Positions 11,801-21,343 are shown, counted from the first letter of the stretch. The stretch: DNA of 64,000 nt from Waterburya sp. (GCA_965217895.1 CBDCJV010000002.1:1056001-1120000), one strand, 5' to 3'. Notes: generated by a model from the letters alone, not told the origin. Made by a program: numbers and translations.

Positions 11801-11828
11801 TCCATTCCCGTAAATGATCCATCAACAC
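8811..11828 (-). CDS. CyRepA1-family replication protein (DUF3854 Toprim-like primase plus helicase/origin-binding-like domain)
   Basis: KYEHPPK, ITEGAKKAGALL, FDRD, KGVDD (DUF3854); Walker A KSAKGTGKT; Walker B IIDEVEQV; SPSIETGISI. Confidence 0.88.
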   Translation of the reverse strand: MLMDHLREWKASGVDEELTRLNVVNLEGESPGEYLLYSNSIPRRNDGRINARFLQRYAHIDAGGWWCSGIDILSGEEDIWGCFKPDRPRHDADKIIKYEHPPKTATGLFALKVPLSLWQKIADRAQVKITLQDIVQNKADLGFWQWLKNNPQVPLCITEGAKKAGALLSAGYSAIALPGINNGYRTPKDADGKRIAKSHLIPQLATLATPGREIYIVFDRDSKPKTVQAVNAAIRKTGYLLQQAGCQVKVVTWNSQLGKGVDDLIINHGQEYFAQAFDEAVDLETWKAKSWTNLTHSTDVQLNSRYLPELDIPPRTKLVGIKSAKGTGKTRFLEKIVAQAIARGQKVLVIGHRVQLVKELCSRFGLSYVTDKDCSDRAALGYGLCIDSLHGSSKAKFNPDRWSNSLVIIDEVEQVLWHGLNSSTCKDRRVEILKSFKTLIQNVLGDRGQVYIADADLSNIALDYLIALSGVEIQPYIVHNIWQHDEQTSWQVYNYEGKSPKKLVANLETHIQQGGKPFICLSAQKLTSKWSTQTLEAYLKQKFPAKKILRLDSESLADLSHVAYGSLAQLEQVLWQYDIVVASPSIETGISIELKNHFTSVWAIAQGIQAENAVRQTLSRLRQNVPRHLWCANYSFNKIGNGSTSIPALLSSSQRFTQLNIRLLQQSDFAYLDDLDTGFQAESLLCWAKMAVRFNAGASNYRHSILAGLKAEGHQIVDAATIKFEELENQVESQADNSLVAAITEISTQNYLAECKAIACSTDLNTRQYQTLKKRLIKSLSNRRQLKKHELHQRYNLPITPELVSLDDEGWYEKIRLHYFLTVGRPYLADRDTQVARKLIEQGNGSLFLPDFNNSQLGAIVGTLELMGIPVLLQDTKRELRNTDADLQSLSAIAHNNRSEIKTILNIGIAKNFTPVTIVSRLLAKIGYKLKCMRYESINKKRVRVYQILSPIDRREQIFSHWLKVDHQRPGNSLFWSAEQTDNLSMSMSKAAEAKYNYLQLSLDI

Positions 11829-11860
11829 TTATTCTTTGCTCATTAGGAATAAGTATCATA

Positions 11861-11917
11861 ACACTATATGTAGCGTAGCCAAAAAAATAAGTTATAAATA
11901 TACGCTATATATGGATA
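11861..11917. promoter_or_regulatory. Tandem NrdR-box-like palindromes upstream of the CyRepA1 gene
   Basis: ACACTATATGTAGCGT (11861-11876) and ACGCTATATATGGATA (11902-11917), 41 bp apart; NrdR consensus is acaCwAtATaTwGtgt. Confidence 0.6.
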
Positions 11918-11974
11918 TAGACAGAATGAATAATCAAACCAAGCTTAAATTTGGGGTAGTCGTTTTATATAAGT

Positions 11975-12718
11975 ATGAGTAAAAATCTTGATGACATTAA
12001 GAATTCAAACATCGTGAAACCATATCATCAGATTCCTATTCAAGAGTGTAACGAACGTTTAATTGCTATTCCTCTAGACAACTTCGCCGTTGAACTACCT
12101 CATCCTTACATGAACTTGGGGGCAGACTATGGAAACAAATCACCGTACTGTTTACGCCAAGGAGTTGTTCGAGCTTTACTCGAAGCACAATTTTTATTAG
12201 AAAAACGTTATCTTCATTGGAAAATCAAGATATTCGATGCGTACCGTCCTGTGGGGGTGCAACAGTTTATGGTTAACTATACCTATAATTCACTGTTAAA
12301 AAAATACAGCCTAAGAGAACAACAGTTAACGGCACATCAACGTCAAGACCTATGGAGTCAAGTATATAAGATTTGGGCTGCACCTAGCTTGGATAAAAAA
12401 ATGCCGCCTCCTCATAGTACAGGAGCAGCGGTCGATGTAACCTTAGTTAACGATCGCGACGAAACTTTAGATATGGGAGGAGAAATTGATGAACTTTCAG
12501 AGCGATCGCAACCAGACTATTATTTAAGCGATCGAGACGGCGAAAATCAGCAGTATCATTTTCATCGTCAACTACTAAATCGGGTAATGACCAATGCTGG
12601 CTTTCAACAACATCCTGGAGAGTGGTGGCATTTTTCTTGTGGCGATCAGATGTGGGCTTGGATTCATAGTCAGAATAATCCTACCGATCCAATGGTAGCC
12701 CGCTACGGTAGAGTTTAA
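11975..12718 (+). CDS. D-alanyl-D-alanine dipeptidase (M15/VanX-like)
   Basis: IFDAYRP, PPHSTGAAVDVTL, EWWHFS. Confidence 0.9.
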   Translation: MSKNLDDIKNSNIVKPYHQIPIQECNERLIAIPLDNFAVELPHPYMNLGADYGNKSPYCLRQGVVRALLEAQFLLEKRYLHWKIKIFDAYRPVGVQQFMVNYTYNSLLKKYSLREQQLTAHQRQDLWSQVYKIWAAPSLDKKMPPPHSTGAAVDVTLVNDRDETLDMGGEIDELSERSQPDYYLSDRDGENQQYHFHRQLLNRVMTNAGFQQHPGEWWHFSCGDQMWAWIHSQNNPTDPMVARYGRV

Positions 12719-12814
12719 CTAGATAAACTTGCAAGAATAAATTTGAATGATTTAGAGAAAGACTGGCGAGGTTAAGAAAATATCTTTCTCTATCTATAAA
12801 TCTATTACCTTAAT

Positions 12815-12994
12815 TTAAACGTTAACTTCACGTTCAGACTGCTTGGAATAAATCCAGAGTGCATGAATAATGCCTGGAACATAACCTAGTAGTGTCAAAA
12901 GAATATTGATTAGTAAAGCTGAACTAACGCCAACTGTTAAGAAAACTCCTAGAGGAGGCAAAGCGATACTAGCAATAATTTTTAAAAGTTTCAT
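12815..12994 (-). CDS. YqaE/Pmp3-family small membrane protein, 59 aa, not in the ORF track
   Basis: Manual translation MKLLKIIASIALPPLGVFLTVGVSSALLINILLTLLGYVPGIIHALWIYSKQSEREVNV. Confidence 0.92.
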   Translation of the reverse strand: MKLLKIIASIALPPLGVFLTVGVSSALLINILLTLLGYVPGIIHALWIYSKQSEREVNV

Positions 12995-13249
12995 GATTTT
13001 TAAAAGGTAATTTTATTCAGATAAATTCATTCTTACTAGTTAGATTTACAGATATTTCTCTATATATCTTCTATCTTTAGACATAAATATTGAGCTTACG
13101 TCAGTTTATATCTATCTATAAAAGTATTCAAAAATCTATCCTTTAAGAGATACAAAAATATCTAGAAACACTGAATAATAAATAAACATAAGAATCTACG
13201 CTTAAAAAGCAATTAAATAATAATTAGTATATATCAGGAGAAAATAGAT

Positions 13250-13615
13250 ATGTTAGGAACGCTTTTAACCCTTTTAGCCACAGCCTTAAGTCTTTTAGTA
13301 GTTGACATCATTTTTGCTGGAGTTAATTTAGCTAACTTCCCTGCTGCAATGGTAGCTGCGTTAGTTATTGGTGCAGTAAACAGTGGTGTTAGACCAATTT
13401 TATCAGTACTATCTTTGCCAATTAACCTTTTGACCCTAGGCGCATTTACTTTGGTAATTAACGGCTTGTGTTTCTGGTTGGCTTCTCTATTCGTACCAGG
13501 ATTTCAAGTATCTGGCTTGCTCGCTTTCTTGATTGCCCCTATAGTATTATCGTTTGTCAATACCTTTATCAGTAACTACTTTGCCGAAAAATTCCCCGAT
13601 TTAAAGAGCAACTAA
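13250..13615 (+). CDS. YvlD/DUF360 four-TM membrane protein (phage holin family annotation)
   Basis: VRPILSVLSLPINLLTLGAFTLVING motif. Confidence 0.85.
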   Translation: MLGTLLTLLATALSLLVVDIIFAGVNLANFPAAMVAALVIGAVNSGVRPILSVLSLPINLLTLGAFTLVINGLCFWLASLFVPGFQVSGLLAFLIAPIVLSFVNTFISNYFAEKFPDLKSN

Positions 13616-13660
13616 GAGTTTTGTCGGCATAGCTGACATTTGCATTTTTGGCGTTAATTT

Positions 13661-13691
13661 TGGTAGGGGCGAACGAACTTCGCCCCTACCA
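13661..13691. repeat. GTAG-type REP hairpin
   Basis: TGGTAGGGGCGAA-CGAAC-TTCGCCCCTACCA. Confidence 0.75.
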
Positions 13692-14085
13692 TTTTGTGTT
13701 TAGGAATCGCAAGTTAACATTCTTTGCTGAATGTTGCTGGTTATATTGCCAAAAAAAATGTAGGTAAGTCTGTCGCCTATTCCCTACCTCCTACTTCTTA
13801 TTTCCTTTCCCTCTTTACCTTTCTCCAATCTCAAGTAGGAAATTTTTTTTGCACTACTATTTAAGTACTTATTTTGGCTGCTAGGCTTTAAATTACAAAT
13901 TATGCTTTTCCATTATCAGCATCTTCATTTATGATAATGAAAAGCAAAAACCTAGCTCGCTGAATAACCAAAATCAAACAGGCAAAACAAAACAAAGTTG
14001 GCGAAATTTAGTTTATGTGGATTTTGCCTTAAACGTGGTGTCCCTAGCTAAAATCGTTGGCGGTCAGAAAAAACAGTAAAAATCA

Positions 14086-15417
14086 ATGGCAAGGGCGGAA
14101 AATTACGGGGAAGATTATTATTTAACTTTGGGAGTATCCCAGAGTGCGACATTAAAAGAAATTAAGATAGCTTTTCGTCATTTGGCGCGCCAATATCATC
14201 CCGATCTTAATCCAGGCGATTTTGCTGCTGCTGAGAAATTTAAACAGATTTCTCAGGCATATGATGTATTATCAGATAATTCTAAACGTCGTCGCTATGA
14301 TCGCCGTGTTCCTTTTGAAAGCAAGTCACGCACAACTACGAGCCAGAATGATAACCGGTCTAGCCAAACAAGCGATCCTAAAACAGCTAAAGATTTTTAT
14401 AATAGAGGCTTTCATTACACTCAAGTTAAAGAATACAGCAAAGCCATTAATGATTATTCTCAGGCAATTAAACTCAATCCCAAATTTATTGATGCTTATC
14501 TCAAAAGGTGCGAAATGCGATATAAAATGGGTGATAATCAAGGGGTTTTAAATGATTGCCAGCAAATATTTACTATCGATAGCCAAGTTGCCAAAGCTCA
14601 CTACTATCAAGGAAGAGCGCGCTACAGTCTAGGTTACGCCGAACCTGCCATTGAATCTTACACTATGGCGATCGCTCAAGACAACAATTATCCTCAAGCA
14701 TACTACTATCGAGGTATTGCTTATAAAGAGCTATTCAAAATTTCTTTTGCCATACAAGACTTAAATAAAGCTGCCGATCTTTTTCGCTTGCAAAAAAATT
14801 ACGAAGCTCATCGTCGTACTAAAAATATAGTCAGTGACTTAACAAAAAGCAACCATAAAACTGGTCGGTCAAATCGCCCAATTCAAAATTTTTTGATGAC
14901 GCTAAGCCTGTCTTTTTTAAATCCTGGAGGTGGTTTATTACCTGCATTTTCTCGATTAGAAAGAAGACATTTAAAACAAGTTGGCACGATCTATGGTGTA
15001 TTTTCTAGCTTATGTTTTGTCTGTAGTTATTTTATGATTGGGTTGCCGTTAGAAATACCAATATGGGAACTATTTTTAGTTGGTATAATTCCTTTTATGA
15101 GTTTTATAATTACAGGAATTATAGTACGTTTTTTTCTGCATTATAAAGGTGATTTGACAACGGATATATTCATAGCTGGAACAGCGATCGCTCCTCTGGC
15201 ATTCTTCTTTGTCTTAACCGCGTTTATTCCCATTTCTATTTTAGCTTTATCAATACCTTTAGCCCTTGTCGGAGTTTCTTACACTACGTTAACTCTGCAA
15301 GCTAGCTATTCTCAATTACTAAACGTTAGCGAATCTAGAACTGCTTTCACCGTGGCTTTGATGCTAATGCTAAATAGTTCTATTTGCTATGTATTGATAC
15401 CATACTTTATCGCTTAA
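14086..15417 (+). CDS. J-domain, TPR and C-terminal multi-TM protein
   Basis: DYYLTLGV...YHPDLN J-domain; TPR repeats; about 5 hydrophobic helices. Confidence 0.85.
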   Translation: MARAENYGEDYYLTLGVSQSATLKEIKIAFRHLARQYHPDLNPGDFAAAEKFKQISQAYDVLSDNSKRRRYDRRVPFESKSRTTTSQNDNRSSQTSDPKTAKDFYNRGFHYTQVKEYSKAINDYSQAIKLNPKFIDAYLKRCEMRYKMGDNQGVLNDCQQIFTIDSQVAKAHYYQGRARYSLGYAEPAIESYTMAIAQDNNYPQAYYYRGIAYKELFKISFAIQDLNKAADLFRLQKNYEAHRRTKNIVSDLTKSNHKTGRSNRPIQNFLMTLSLSFLNPGGGLLPAFSRLERRHLKQVGTIYGVFSSLCFVCSYFMIGLPLEIPIWELFLVGIIPFMSFIITGIIVRFFLHYKGDLTTDIFIAGTAIAPLAFFFVLTAFIPISILALSIPLALVGVSYTTLTLQASYSQLLNVSESRTAFTVALMLMLNSSICYVLIPYFIA

Positions 15418-15569
15418 ATAGTTAAATAGCTCTAAGCACTAAGCCAATAGCTTTTGGGAAGAAGAAATGCATCGAATATCTAAAATTACTGAGAAATATA
15501 GTTTTGCTCGACTGTATGGGCAACATAAAGAGGAAACATCACTAACCGTATCAAAACAAAATAGCTATT

Positions 15570-16532
15570 GTGACTCAGATAAATTCAGTAATCAGCGGTG
15601 TTGCTGGTAAAGACATATATGAAAAAATTTATCACAACATTCAACGTGTAATGCAAGGGCAGTCAACTGCTATTAGAAACCTGTTGGCTGGTTTTGCGAG
15701 TGGTGGTCATGTTCTTTTAGAAGATTATCCTGGTACAGGAAAAACTACCTTGGCAAAAGCTTTAGCTTATTCTATCGATGCCAAGTTTAAACGGATTCAA
15801 TTTACCCCCGATCTTTTACCGTCAGATATTACGGGTATTTCTATTTTTGACCAGCAAGAAAGTTCTTTTAACTTTCACCCAGGACCAGTTTTTGCCAATA
15901 TTGTTTTAATAGACGAAATTAACCGTGCCTCCCCTCGCACTCAGTCTGCCCTGTTGGAAGCAATGGCAGAGTCTCAGGTAAGCGTAGATGGTCAAATTAA
16001 AAAACTAGAGAACTTGTTTTTTGTGATCGCTACCCAAAATCCAGTGGGTTCTCACGGCACGTATCCTTTACCCGAAGCTCAAATGGATCGTTTTGCCCTT
16101 CAGTTTAGTTTAGGATATGTTTCTCCTGCCGATGAGGTGCAAATTTTAGCCGACCAGATGCAAAGTCATCCTCTTAATAATATTAAACCCTGTATTTCTT
16201 TAGCTGAAGCGATCGCTCTTAAACAACAGGTAGAACAAATTAGAGTCAGCCACACCATGAAACAATATTTAGTCGATCTAGTCAACGCTACTCGTACTGC
16301 TGAAGGAGTGCAGTTAGGAGGGAGTCCTAGAGGCTCTTTAGCACTGATGAAGGTGGGGCAGGCTTTGGCGTTATTTGATGGTTATGAATTTGTCACCCCC
16401 GAACATATTCAGGAATTAGCGGTGTCCGTCATTGCTCATCGCTTAGTTATGCAGCCTCAAGCACGCTTTTCGGGTCAAACTGCTGCTGGGGTAGTGCAGG
16501 AAATTTTGAACAACATTCGAGTACCAGCTTAG
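15570..16532 (+). CDS. MoxR-family AAA+ ATPase
   Basis: GHVLLEDYPGTGKT, RIQFTPDLLPSD, DEINRASPRTQSALLEAM, ATQNP, LPEAQMDRF. Confidence 0.93.
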   Translation: MTQINSVISGVAGKDIYEKIYHNIQRVMQGQSTAIRNLLAGFASGGHVLLEDYPGTGKTTLAKALAYSIDAKFKRIQFTPDLLPSDITGISIFDQQESSFNFHPGPVFANIVLIDEINRASPRTQSALLEAMAESQVSVDGQIKKLENLFFVIATQNPVGSHGTYPLPEAQMDRFALQFSLGYVSPADEVQILADQMQSHPLNNIKPCISLAEAIALKQQVEQIRVSHTMKQYLVDLVNATRTAEGVQLGGSPRGSLALMKVGQALALFDGYEFVTPEHIQELAVSVIAHRLVMQPQARFSGQTAAGVVQEILNNIRVPA

Positions 16533-16642
16533 ATTTTGGGCTTTTCTGCCAAAACTTTAGCAAAATGTGCAAAAAAAACGCTTTGAGGAGTCAGCTTTTG
16601 GGTACAATACCCCATTAGTTATCAAAAGGGGCAAAATTAATT

Positions 16643-17848
16643 ATGGGACGCGCAGACAAAGTTGTCTTAGCTTATTCGGGTGGAGTAGACACCACTGTAT
16701 GTATTCCTTATCTTAAGGAAGAATGGGGAGTCAAAGAAGTAATTACCCTGGCTGCTGACTTGGGACAAGGAGACGAACTAGGACCAATTCAGCAAAAGGC
16801 ATTGAAATGTGGTGCATCTGAATCTCTAGTAGAAGATGCCACCGAAAGCTTTGTACGCGATTACGCTTTTCCAGCAATTCAAGCTAACACTCTTTATGAA
16901 AATCGCTATCCTCTGTCTACGGCTTTGGCACGCCCTCTAATTGCTAAATTATTAGTAGAAGCCGCCGAAAAATATGGGGCAGATGCGGTAGCTCATGGCT
17001 GTACAGGTAAAGGTAATGACCAGGTGCGCTTTGATGTAGGCATTATGGCACTAAACCCCAGTCTAAAAGTATTAGCTCCTGCTAGAGAGTGGGGCATGAG
17101 TCGAGAAGAAGCTATTTCTTATGGTGAGAAGTTTGGTTTTGAATTTCCCGTGAAAAAGTCTTCTCCTTTTAGCATCGATCGCAATTTACTTGGTCGCAGT
17201 ATTGAGGCAGGACCTTTAGAAGACCCGATGGTAGAACCTCCTGAAGAAGTTTTTGTGATGACAAAGGCGATCGCCGATACTCCTGATGAGCCAGAATACG
17301 TTACCATCGGTTTTGAACAAGGTCTACCCGTCAGCATCAACGGTGAAAAGCTTGCCCCTGTTGCCCTCATAACTAAGCTAAACGAGCTTGCTGGCAAACA
17401 CGGTGTAGGACGCATCGATATGTTAGAAAACCGTGTCGTCGGTATTAAATCACGGGAAATCTATGAAGCACCAGCTTTATTAGTTTTGATTCATGCTCAT
17501 CGTGACTTAGAAAGTCTGACCCTAACAGGAGATGTTACCCAATATAAACGGGGTATTGAACAGTCCTACGGCGAATTAGTTTATCGTGGCTTGTGGTATA
17601 GTCCTCTCAAAGCAGCTTTAGATGGCTTTATCCAAAATACTCAAGAAAGAGTCACAGGCGAAGTCAGAGTTAAGTTACATAAAGGCAATGCCATAATTGT
17701 TGGTCGTCAGTCGGATAATTCTATCTATGCTCCCGATCTTGCTACCTATGGTGCAGAAGATGAATTTGACCATAAAGCAGCAGAAGGCTTTATCTATATT
17801 TGGGGTCTACCCACTAGAGTTTGGTCACAAAAAACCAGAGGGCTTTAA
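16643..17848 (+). CDS. argG: Argininosuccinate synthase
   Basis: [38 protein letters not shown]. Confidence 0.97.
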   Translation: MGRADKVVLAYSGGVDTTVCIPYLKEEWGVKEVITLAADLGQGDELGPIQQKALKCGASESLVEDATESFVRDYAFPAIQANTLYENRYPLSTALARPLIAKLLVEAAEKYGADAVAHGCTGKGNDQVRFDVGIMALNPSLKVLAPAREWGMSREEAISYGEKFGFEFPVKKSSPFSIDRNLLGRSIEAGPLEDPMVEPPEEVFVMTKAIADTPDEPEYVTIGFEQGLPVSINGEKLAPVALITKLNELAGKHGVGRIDMLENRVVGIKSREIYEAPALLVLIHAHRDLESLTLTGDVTQYKRGIEQSYGELVYRGLWYSPLKAALDGFIQNTQERVTGEVRVKLHKGNAIIVGRQSDNSIYAPDLATYGAEDEFDHKAAEGFIYIWGLPTRVWSQKTRGL

Positions 17849-18042
17849 TTAGGTCACTGGTGTTACGTACTAATTGATTCTTAAAGATTAGGTAGGAGGT
17901 ATGAGGAGTGGGTAATAATACTAAATCCCGATTGACAAAGATAATTATCCACTTTCTGACCTCTGACCTCTCAAACAAGCGAGAGATTGACAGCTACAGC
18001 AATTTGTACGCTCAGTGCAGCTCTTTAAAGTATGATTAAATA

Positions 18043-18417
18043 ATGACTAACAAGTTTCGTACACCCAGTTACCGCCCCATACGAAAGCTAAAGGTTATCT
18101 TATCGGGTCTTCAGGTTGCAGTAGTAACTGATTTTAGTGTTGCCTATAAAGTGATTTTATCAGTTCCAGTGTTAATTGCTTCCTTTTTTTTTCGACAATG
18201 GGTAGATGTCAGCTTAATATTACTCGCAATGGGGCTGATGCTGATTTCTGAATTGTTTAATAGTGCGATCGAAGTTTTGTGCGATTTTGTAGAGCCTCAG
18301 CAAAATGAGCAGATCCGAATCACTAAAGATATTGCCGCAGCAGCCACAGGTCTTAGTATCTTGATGTGGGCAGCAATTTTACTTATTGAAAGCATCCGTC
18401 TTTTTCAGCTACGGTAA
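18043..18417 (+). CDS. Prokaryotic diacylglycerol kinase family protein
   Basis: ELFNSAIEVLCD...ITKDIAAAA motif; 3 TM segments. Confidence 0.8.
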   Translation: MTNKFRTPSYRPIRKLKVILSGLQVAVVTDFSVAYKVILSVPVLIASFFFRQWVDVSLILLAMGLMLISELFNSAIEVLCDFVEPQQNEQIRITKDIAAAATGLSILMWAAILLIESIRLFQLR

Positions 18418-18446
18418 ATGTCCAGTTGCTGGTTAGCTAACACGTC

Positions 18447-18633
18447 ACGACAGCTAAATCTGTTAAAAAAGCTTCGATTTCCTTCCCTCCCATATCTTTG
18501 GGATGCTGTTTATTATAAAAAAAATGTAGCGTTTAATCCAATTAACGTAGCTTTTTTCAATTTTATAAGAATAATGCTTTAAACGAATGACATCGCTAAC
18601 CTATTCGAGCAGTTTTTTAGGAGGGTTTTCCAG
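18447..18633 (-). pseudogene. intI: Integron integrase N-terminal remnant
   Basis: Manual translation ENPPKKLLE*VSDVIRLKHYSYKIEKSYVNWIKRYIFF/(frameshift)NKQHPKDMGGKEIEAFLTDLAV; CTG at the start position, internal TAG, truncated. Confidence 0.88.
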
Positions 18634-18638
18634 AGAAT

Positions 18639-18827
18639 GATATCCAGAAAAATTCTTGATATTATGACTATCTGGTGTAATATTAAGAAAGTTTCTCGAT
18701 ATCACCGACGAATATACCGAAAGTTTCTTGATATCATTCTACATAGGGTGAATATACGGAAGTTTCTATTTTTTGTCCTATATAGGGTAGATATCCAGAA
18801 AGTTTCCGTATAATAATATAGTTGTGC
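18639..18827 (+). other. attI-like integron recombination site with upstream imperfect direct repeats
   Basis: Five ATAT-N2/3-GAAAGTTTC-like units, then AAAGTTTCCGTATAATAATATA-GTTGTGC (GTT at 18821); divergent from intI. Confidence 0.7.
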
Positions 18828-19025
18828 CACTTGCATTCTGGGTTGTTCTTGTAGTCTTGAATCTATTCTTCAACCACTCAGCGTCAAGCGATTTTGAAGT
18901 TATCGATAGGAGATAACGTAAAGAAACATTAAAGCAATGTGTTTAAGTTAAAATCGCACTGATTAGACTACAAAACTAAGTAATGAAATAGCTGTTCATT
19001 CGCAGTTACGATCAAGAGTCAGCGC

Positions 19026-19394
19026 ATGAAAGTCTATGCTATTGATCACGTTCAACTCGCAATTCCTCCGAATAGCGAAGATTTAGCAAGGGTATTTTAT
19101 GGAGAAATTCTTGGACTTAGAGAAAAGCCAAAACCTGAGCATCTAGCCGAACGCGGAGGGATTTGGTTTGAGCAGGGTGACTTGAAGCTTTATTTGGGTG
19201 TCGATCACAATTTTCGTCCAGCTACGAAAGCTCATCCTGGACTGTTGGTCGAAGATTTAGATGAGCTTATCCGTCAATGTGAGGCATCTGGCTGTAGCAT
19301 TATGATGGGTGAAGGAGTTGAAAGTCACCGACAAGTTTATGTAATAGACCCATTTGGTAATCGCTTAGAGTTGCTGGAGTTTATCGGCACGTAA
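19026..19394 (+). CDS. VOC/glyoxalase-family protein (gene cassette 1)
   Basis: IDHVQLAIP, FYGEILGL.EKPKP, KAHPGLLV, DPFGNRLEL. Confidence 0.88.
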   Translation: MKVYAIDHVQLAIPPNSEDLARVFYGEILGLREKPKPEHLAERGGIWFEQGDLKLYLGVDHNFRPATKAHPGLLVEDLDELIRQCEASGCSIMMGEGVESHRQVYVIDPFGNRLELLEFIGT

Positions 19395-19399
19395 TCGCA

Positions 19400-19483
19400 G
19401 CACAACACGGCGTTAGAGCAGTGAGCAGAATTTCTCGCCTACGTTTGTAATTTACCTGTTGCTGCTCAACTGTGTCGTTCTGC
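19400..19483 (+). other. attC site of cassette 1
   Basis: GCACAAC (19400) ... GAGCAG/CTGCTC arms ... GTTCTGC (19477); GCACAAC is complementary to GTTGTGC at the cassette start (18821). Confidence 0.8.
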
Positions 19484-19562
19484 CGTCGCAAGCAGCTTGA
19501 TAATGCGCGAAAGACAGTGAAGATTGAATACCACAGGTCAAGATGAATGAAAGGAGATTAAA

Positions 19563-19922
19563 TTGGCTATACAGGAAGCATTTACTAGTGTCGCAGTAGA
19601 TAACCTTCACTCTGCACTAGTTTGGTATGAGCGTCTCATGGGACGGCAGCCCGACATGATTCCCAACGATAATGAGGCCGTTTGGCAATTATCAGGAAAA
19701 GCATGGTTATACATAATCGGTGATGCTCAACGTGCTGGTAAGACGTTGATAACGCTTATTGTGGATGATCTTGATGGTCACGTTGCTGAGTTTAACGAAC
19801 GAGGAATTTCATTTAAGTTTGTTGAAAAAGATTCAAAGATTTATCGAAGGGTAGTCGTTACTGATCCCGAAGGCAATACGTTTCAATTCACCGAACTCAC
19901 AAGCCAAAACAATCAAGCGTAA
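19563..19922 (+). CDS. VOC-family protein (gene cassette 2)
   Basis: WYERLMGRQPD, VVTDPEGNTFQF; AAGGAG RBS before a TTG start. Confidence 0.8.
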   Translation: MAIQEAFTSVAVDNLHSALVWYERLMGRQPDMIPNDNEAVWQLSGKAWLYIIGDAQRAGKTLITLIVDDLDGHVAEFNERGISFKFVEKDSKIYRRVVVTDPEGNTFQFTELTSQNNQA

Positions 19923-19936
19923 CTCGTCTAACAACG

Positions 19937-20027
19937 GCACAACAACCGCGCTGCACCAGAACGTTGTGATATGGTATGGTCGGTTTGCTCAAAGGTTGTC
20001 TGCGTCCGGTGAGCGCGAACGTTAGGC
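19937..20027 (+). other. attC site of cassette 2
   Basis: GCACAAC-AAC-CGCGCTGCACC ... GGTGAGCGCG-AAC-GTTAGGC; paired L boxes with one unpaired base. Confidence 0.88.
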
Positions 20028-20177
20028 CGTATATGTCACGCATCCAGGATCTTTCAATTTGCACTGCACTACCCCTTAATTGCAATGCTTGAATAGCGAT
20101 CGGATGGCTAGAGCAAGGATCGACTTTGTTCCATATGAAGGGTTTCTTTATACATCTCCAACCGCAATCACTTATTA

Positions 20178-21270
20178 AGTGGTCAAGCAAAATTAATTAC
20201 ACTGGTAAATAAAAAGTCAAAACGAGAGTGAAAAGAGTGCATTTAGAGGGAAAACTGAGTTCAGAAACAGTCAAAATATTATGGCGATTGTATCGTCAAC
20301 ACCGCGATTAGAGATGCTTTCTGACCGAAAGCCTCTCTCGCGGCCAAAGTAAAAACTATCAAGTAAGAGCTAGAGCGCACTGTATATTGCTGATCGACTC
20401 AAGATACGAGCTGGAAGAACTAATTGAAATCTTTGGAGTTAGCCGAAAAACAATATACAACTGGAAAAATAACTGGTCAAAGTACAAATTAGTAGGTTTG
20501 TATAATCGGCTTGGAAGAGGAAGAAAAGAAATTTTTAGTACGCCACAAAAACAGCAGATTAAAAAGTGGGTTACACAAAATCCGAAAAACCTTAAGCAGG
20601 TAATTGAAAAAATCAGAGAAGAATGGGGAATAGTTGCTAGCAAAGACACAGTTAAAAGAATTCTAAAATGTCTGGCAATGAAATGGAAGAGAGTGAGAAA
20701 AGTAACCAATGGGCAACCAGACAAAAAGATGTACGAAGTCAAAAAGCAAATTCTCAAAGCTTTACAAAGGTTATCACAGCAGGGAAGTATAGATTTAAGC
20801 TATTTGGACGAAACAGGATTCTGTCTCACTCCTTATGTTCCCTACGCTTGGCAAGAAACAAAACAGCAAGTGGGAATAGATAGCAAACAAAGTAAACGAC
20901 TAAATATTCTAGGTCTTTTAAATAGAGAAAACGAGTTATATTCTTACATTAGTGAAGTAGTAATTAAATTTTTGGATTTATATGTTCAACAAATCAACAA
21001 ATCCACGGTAGTAGTTTTAGACAATGCCCCCATTCATCGCTCACTAGCATTTCGGAAAAAGATAGCACAATGGCGTAAGCAGAAAATGGAAATCTTTTGG
21101 TTGCCAACCTATTCTCCTCAACTGAACTTAATAGAAATTTTGTGGCGATTTATGAAATATGAATGGATCGAAGCTCAAGCTTACACAAGCTGGAAGCATT
21201 TAACTCATCACGTCGAACATATTTTGCGAGATTTCGGCGATCGCTATGTAATTAATTTTGCATAGGTACT
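20178..21270 (+). mobile_element. IS630-family insertion sequence
   Basis: TIRs AGTGGTCAAGCAAAATTAATTAC / GTAATTAATTTTGCATAGGTACT; TA at 20176-20177 and 21271-21272. Confidence 0.92.
20228..21265 (+). pseudogene. IS630 transposase interrupted by an in-frame 48-bp insert containing TAG
   Basis: YLDETGF, VLDNAPIH, LPTYSPQLNLIEILW DDE motifs; frame is continuous from GTG 20228 except TAG inside 20300-20347. Confidence 0.8.
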
Positions 21271-21343
21271 TATATATGCCGCACATTGGTACAAGCCTCC
21301 AGAAATCTTTATCCGCATCAGCCCAAGAGCAAATTTCTGCATT

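Larger units (their letters stand above)
20033..21325 (+). pseudogene. Degraded cassette-3 gene interrupted by IS630
   Basis: MSRIQDLSICTALPLNCNA*IAIGWLEQG../..FVPYEGFLYTSPTAITY before the IS and AAHWYKPPEIFI after it; stop codon and frameshifts; own attC not found. Confidence 0.6.

Noticed and set aside
13250..13615. Prophage suggested by the holin-family label
   Set aside because: YvlD-type genes are common chromosomal genes, and no phage genes are nearby.
15570..16532. MoxR without an adjacent DUF58/vWA partner
   Set aside because: Partner genes are often unlinked in cyanobacteria, so this is not informative.
18639..18820. Direct repeats read as a degenerate CRISPR
   Set aside because: Units are short and imperfect, spacers are too small, and the position fits an attI region.
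19926..19932. GTCTAAC as the left end of the cassette 2 attC
   Set aside because: It matches the consensus, but spacing to the L box and complementarity to the cassette start favour GCACAAC at 19937.
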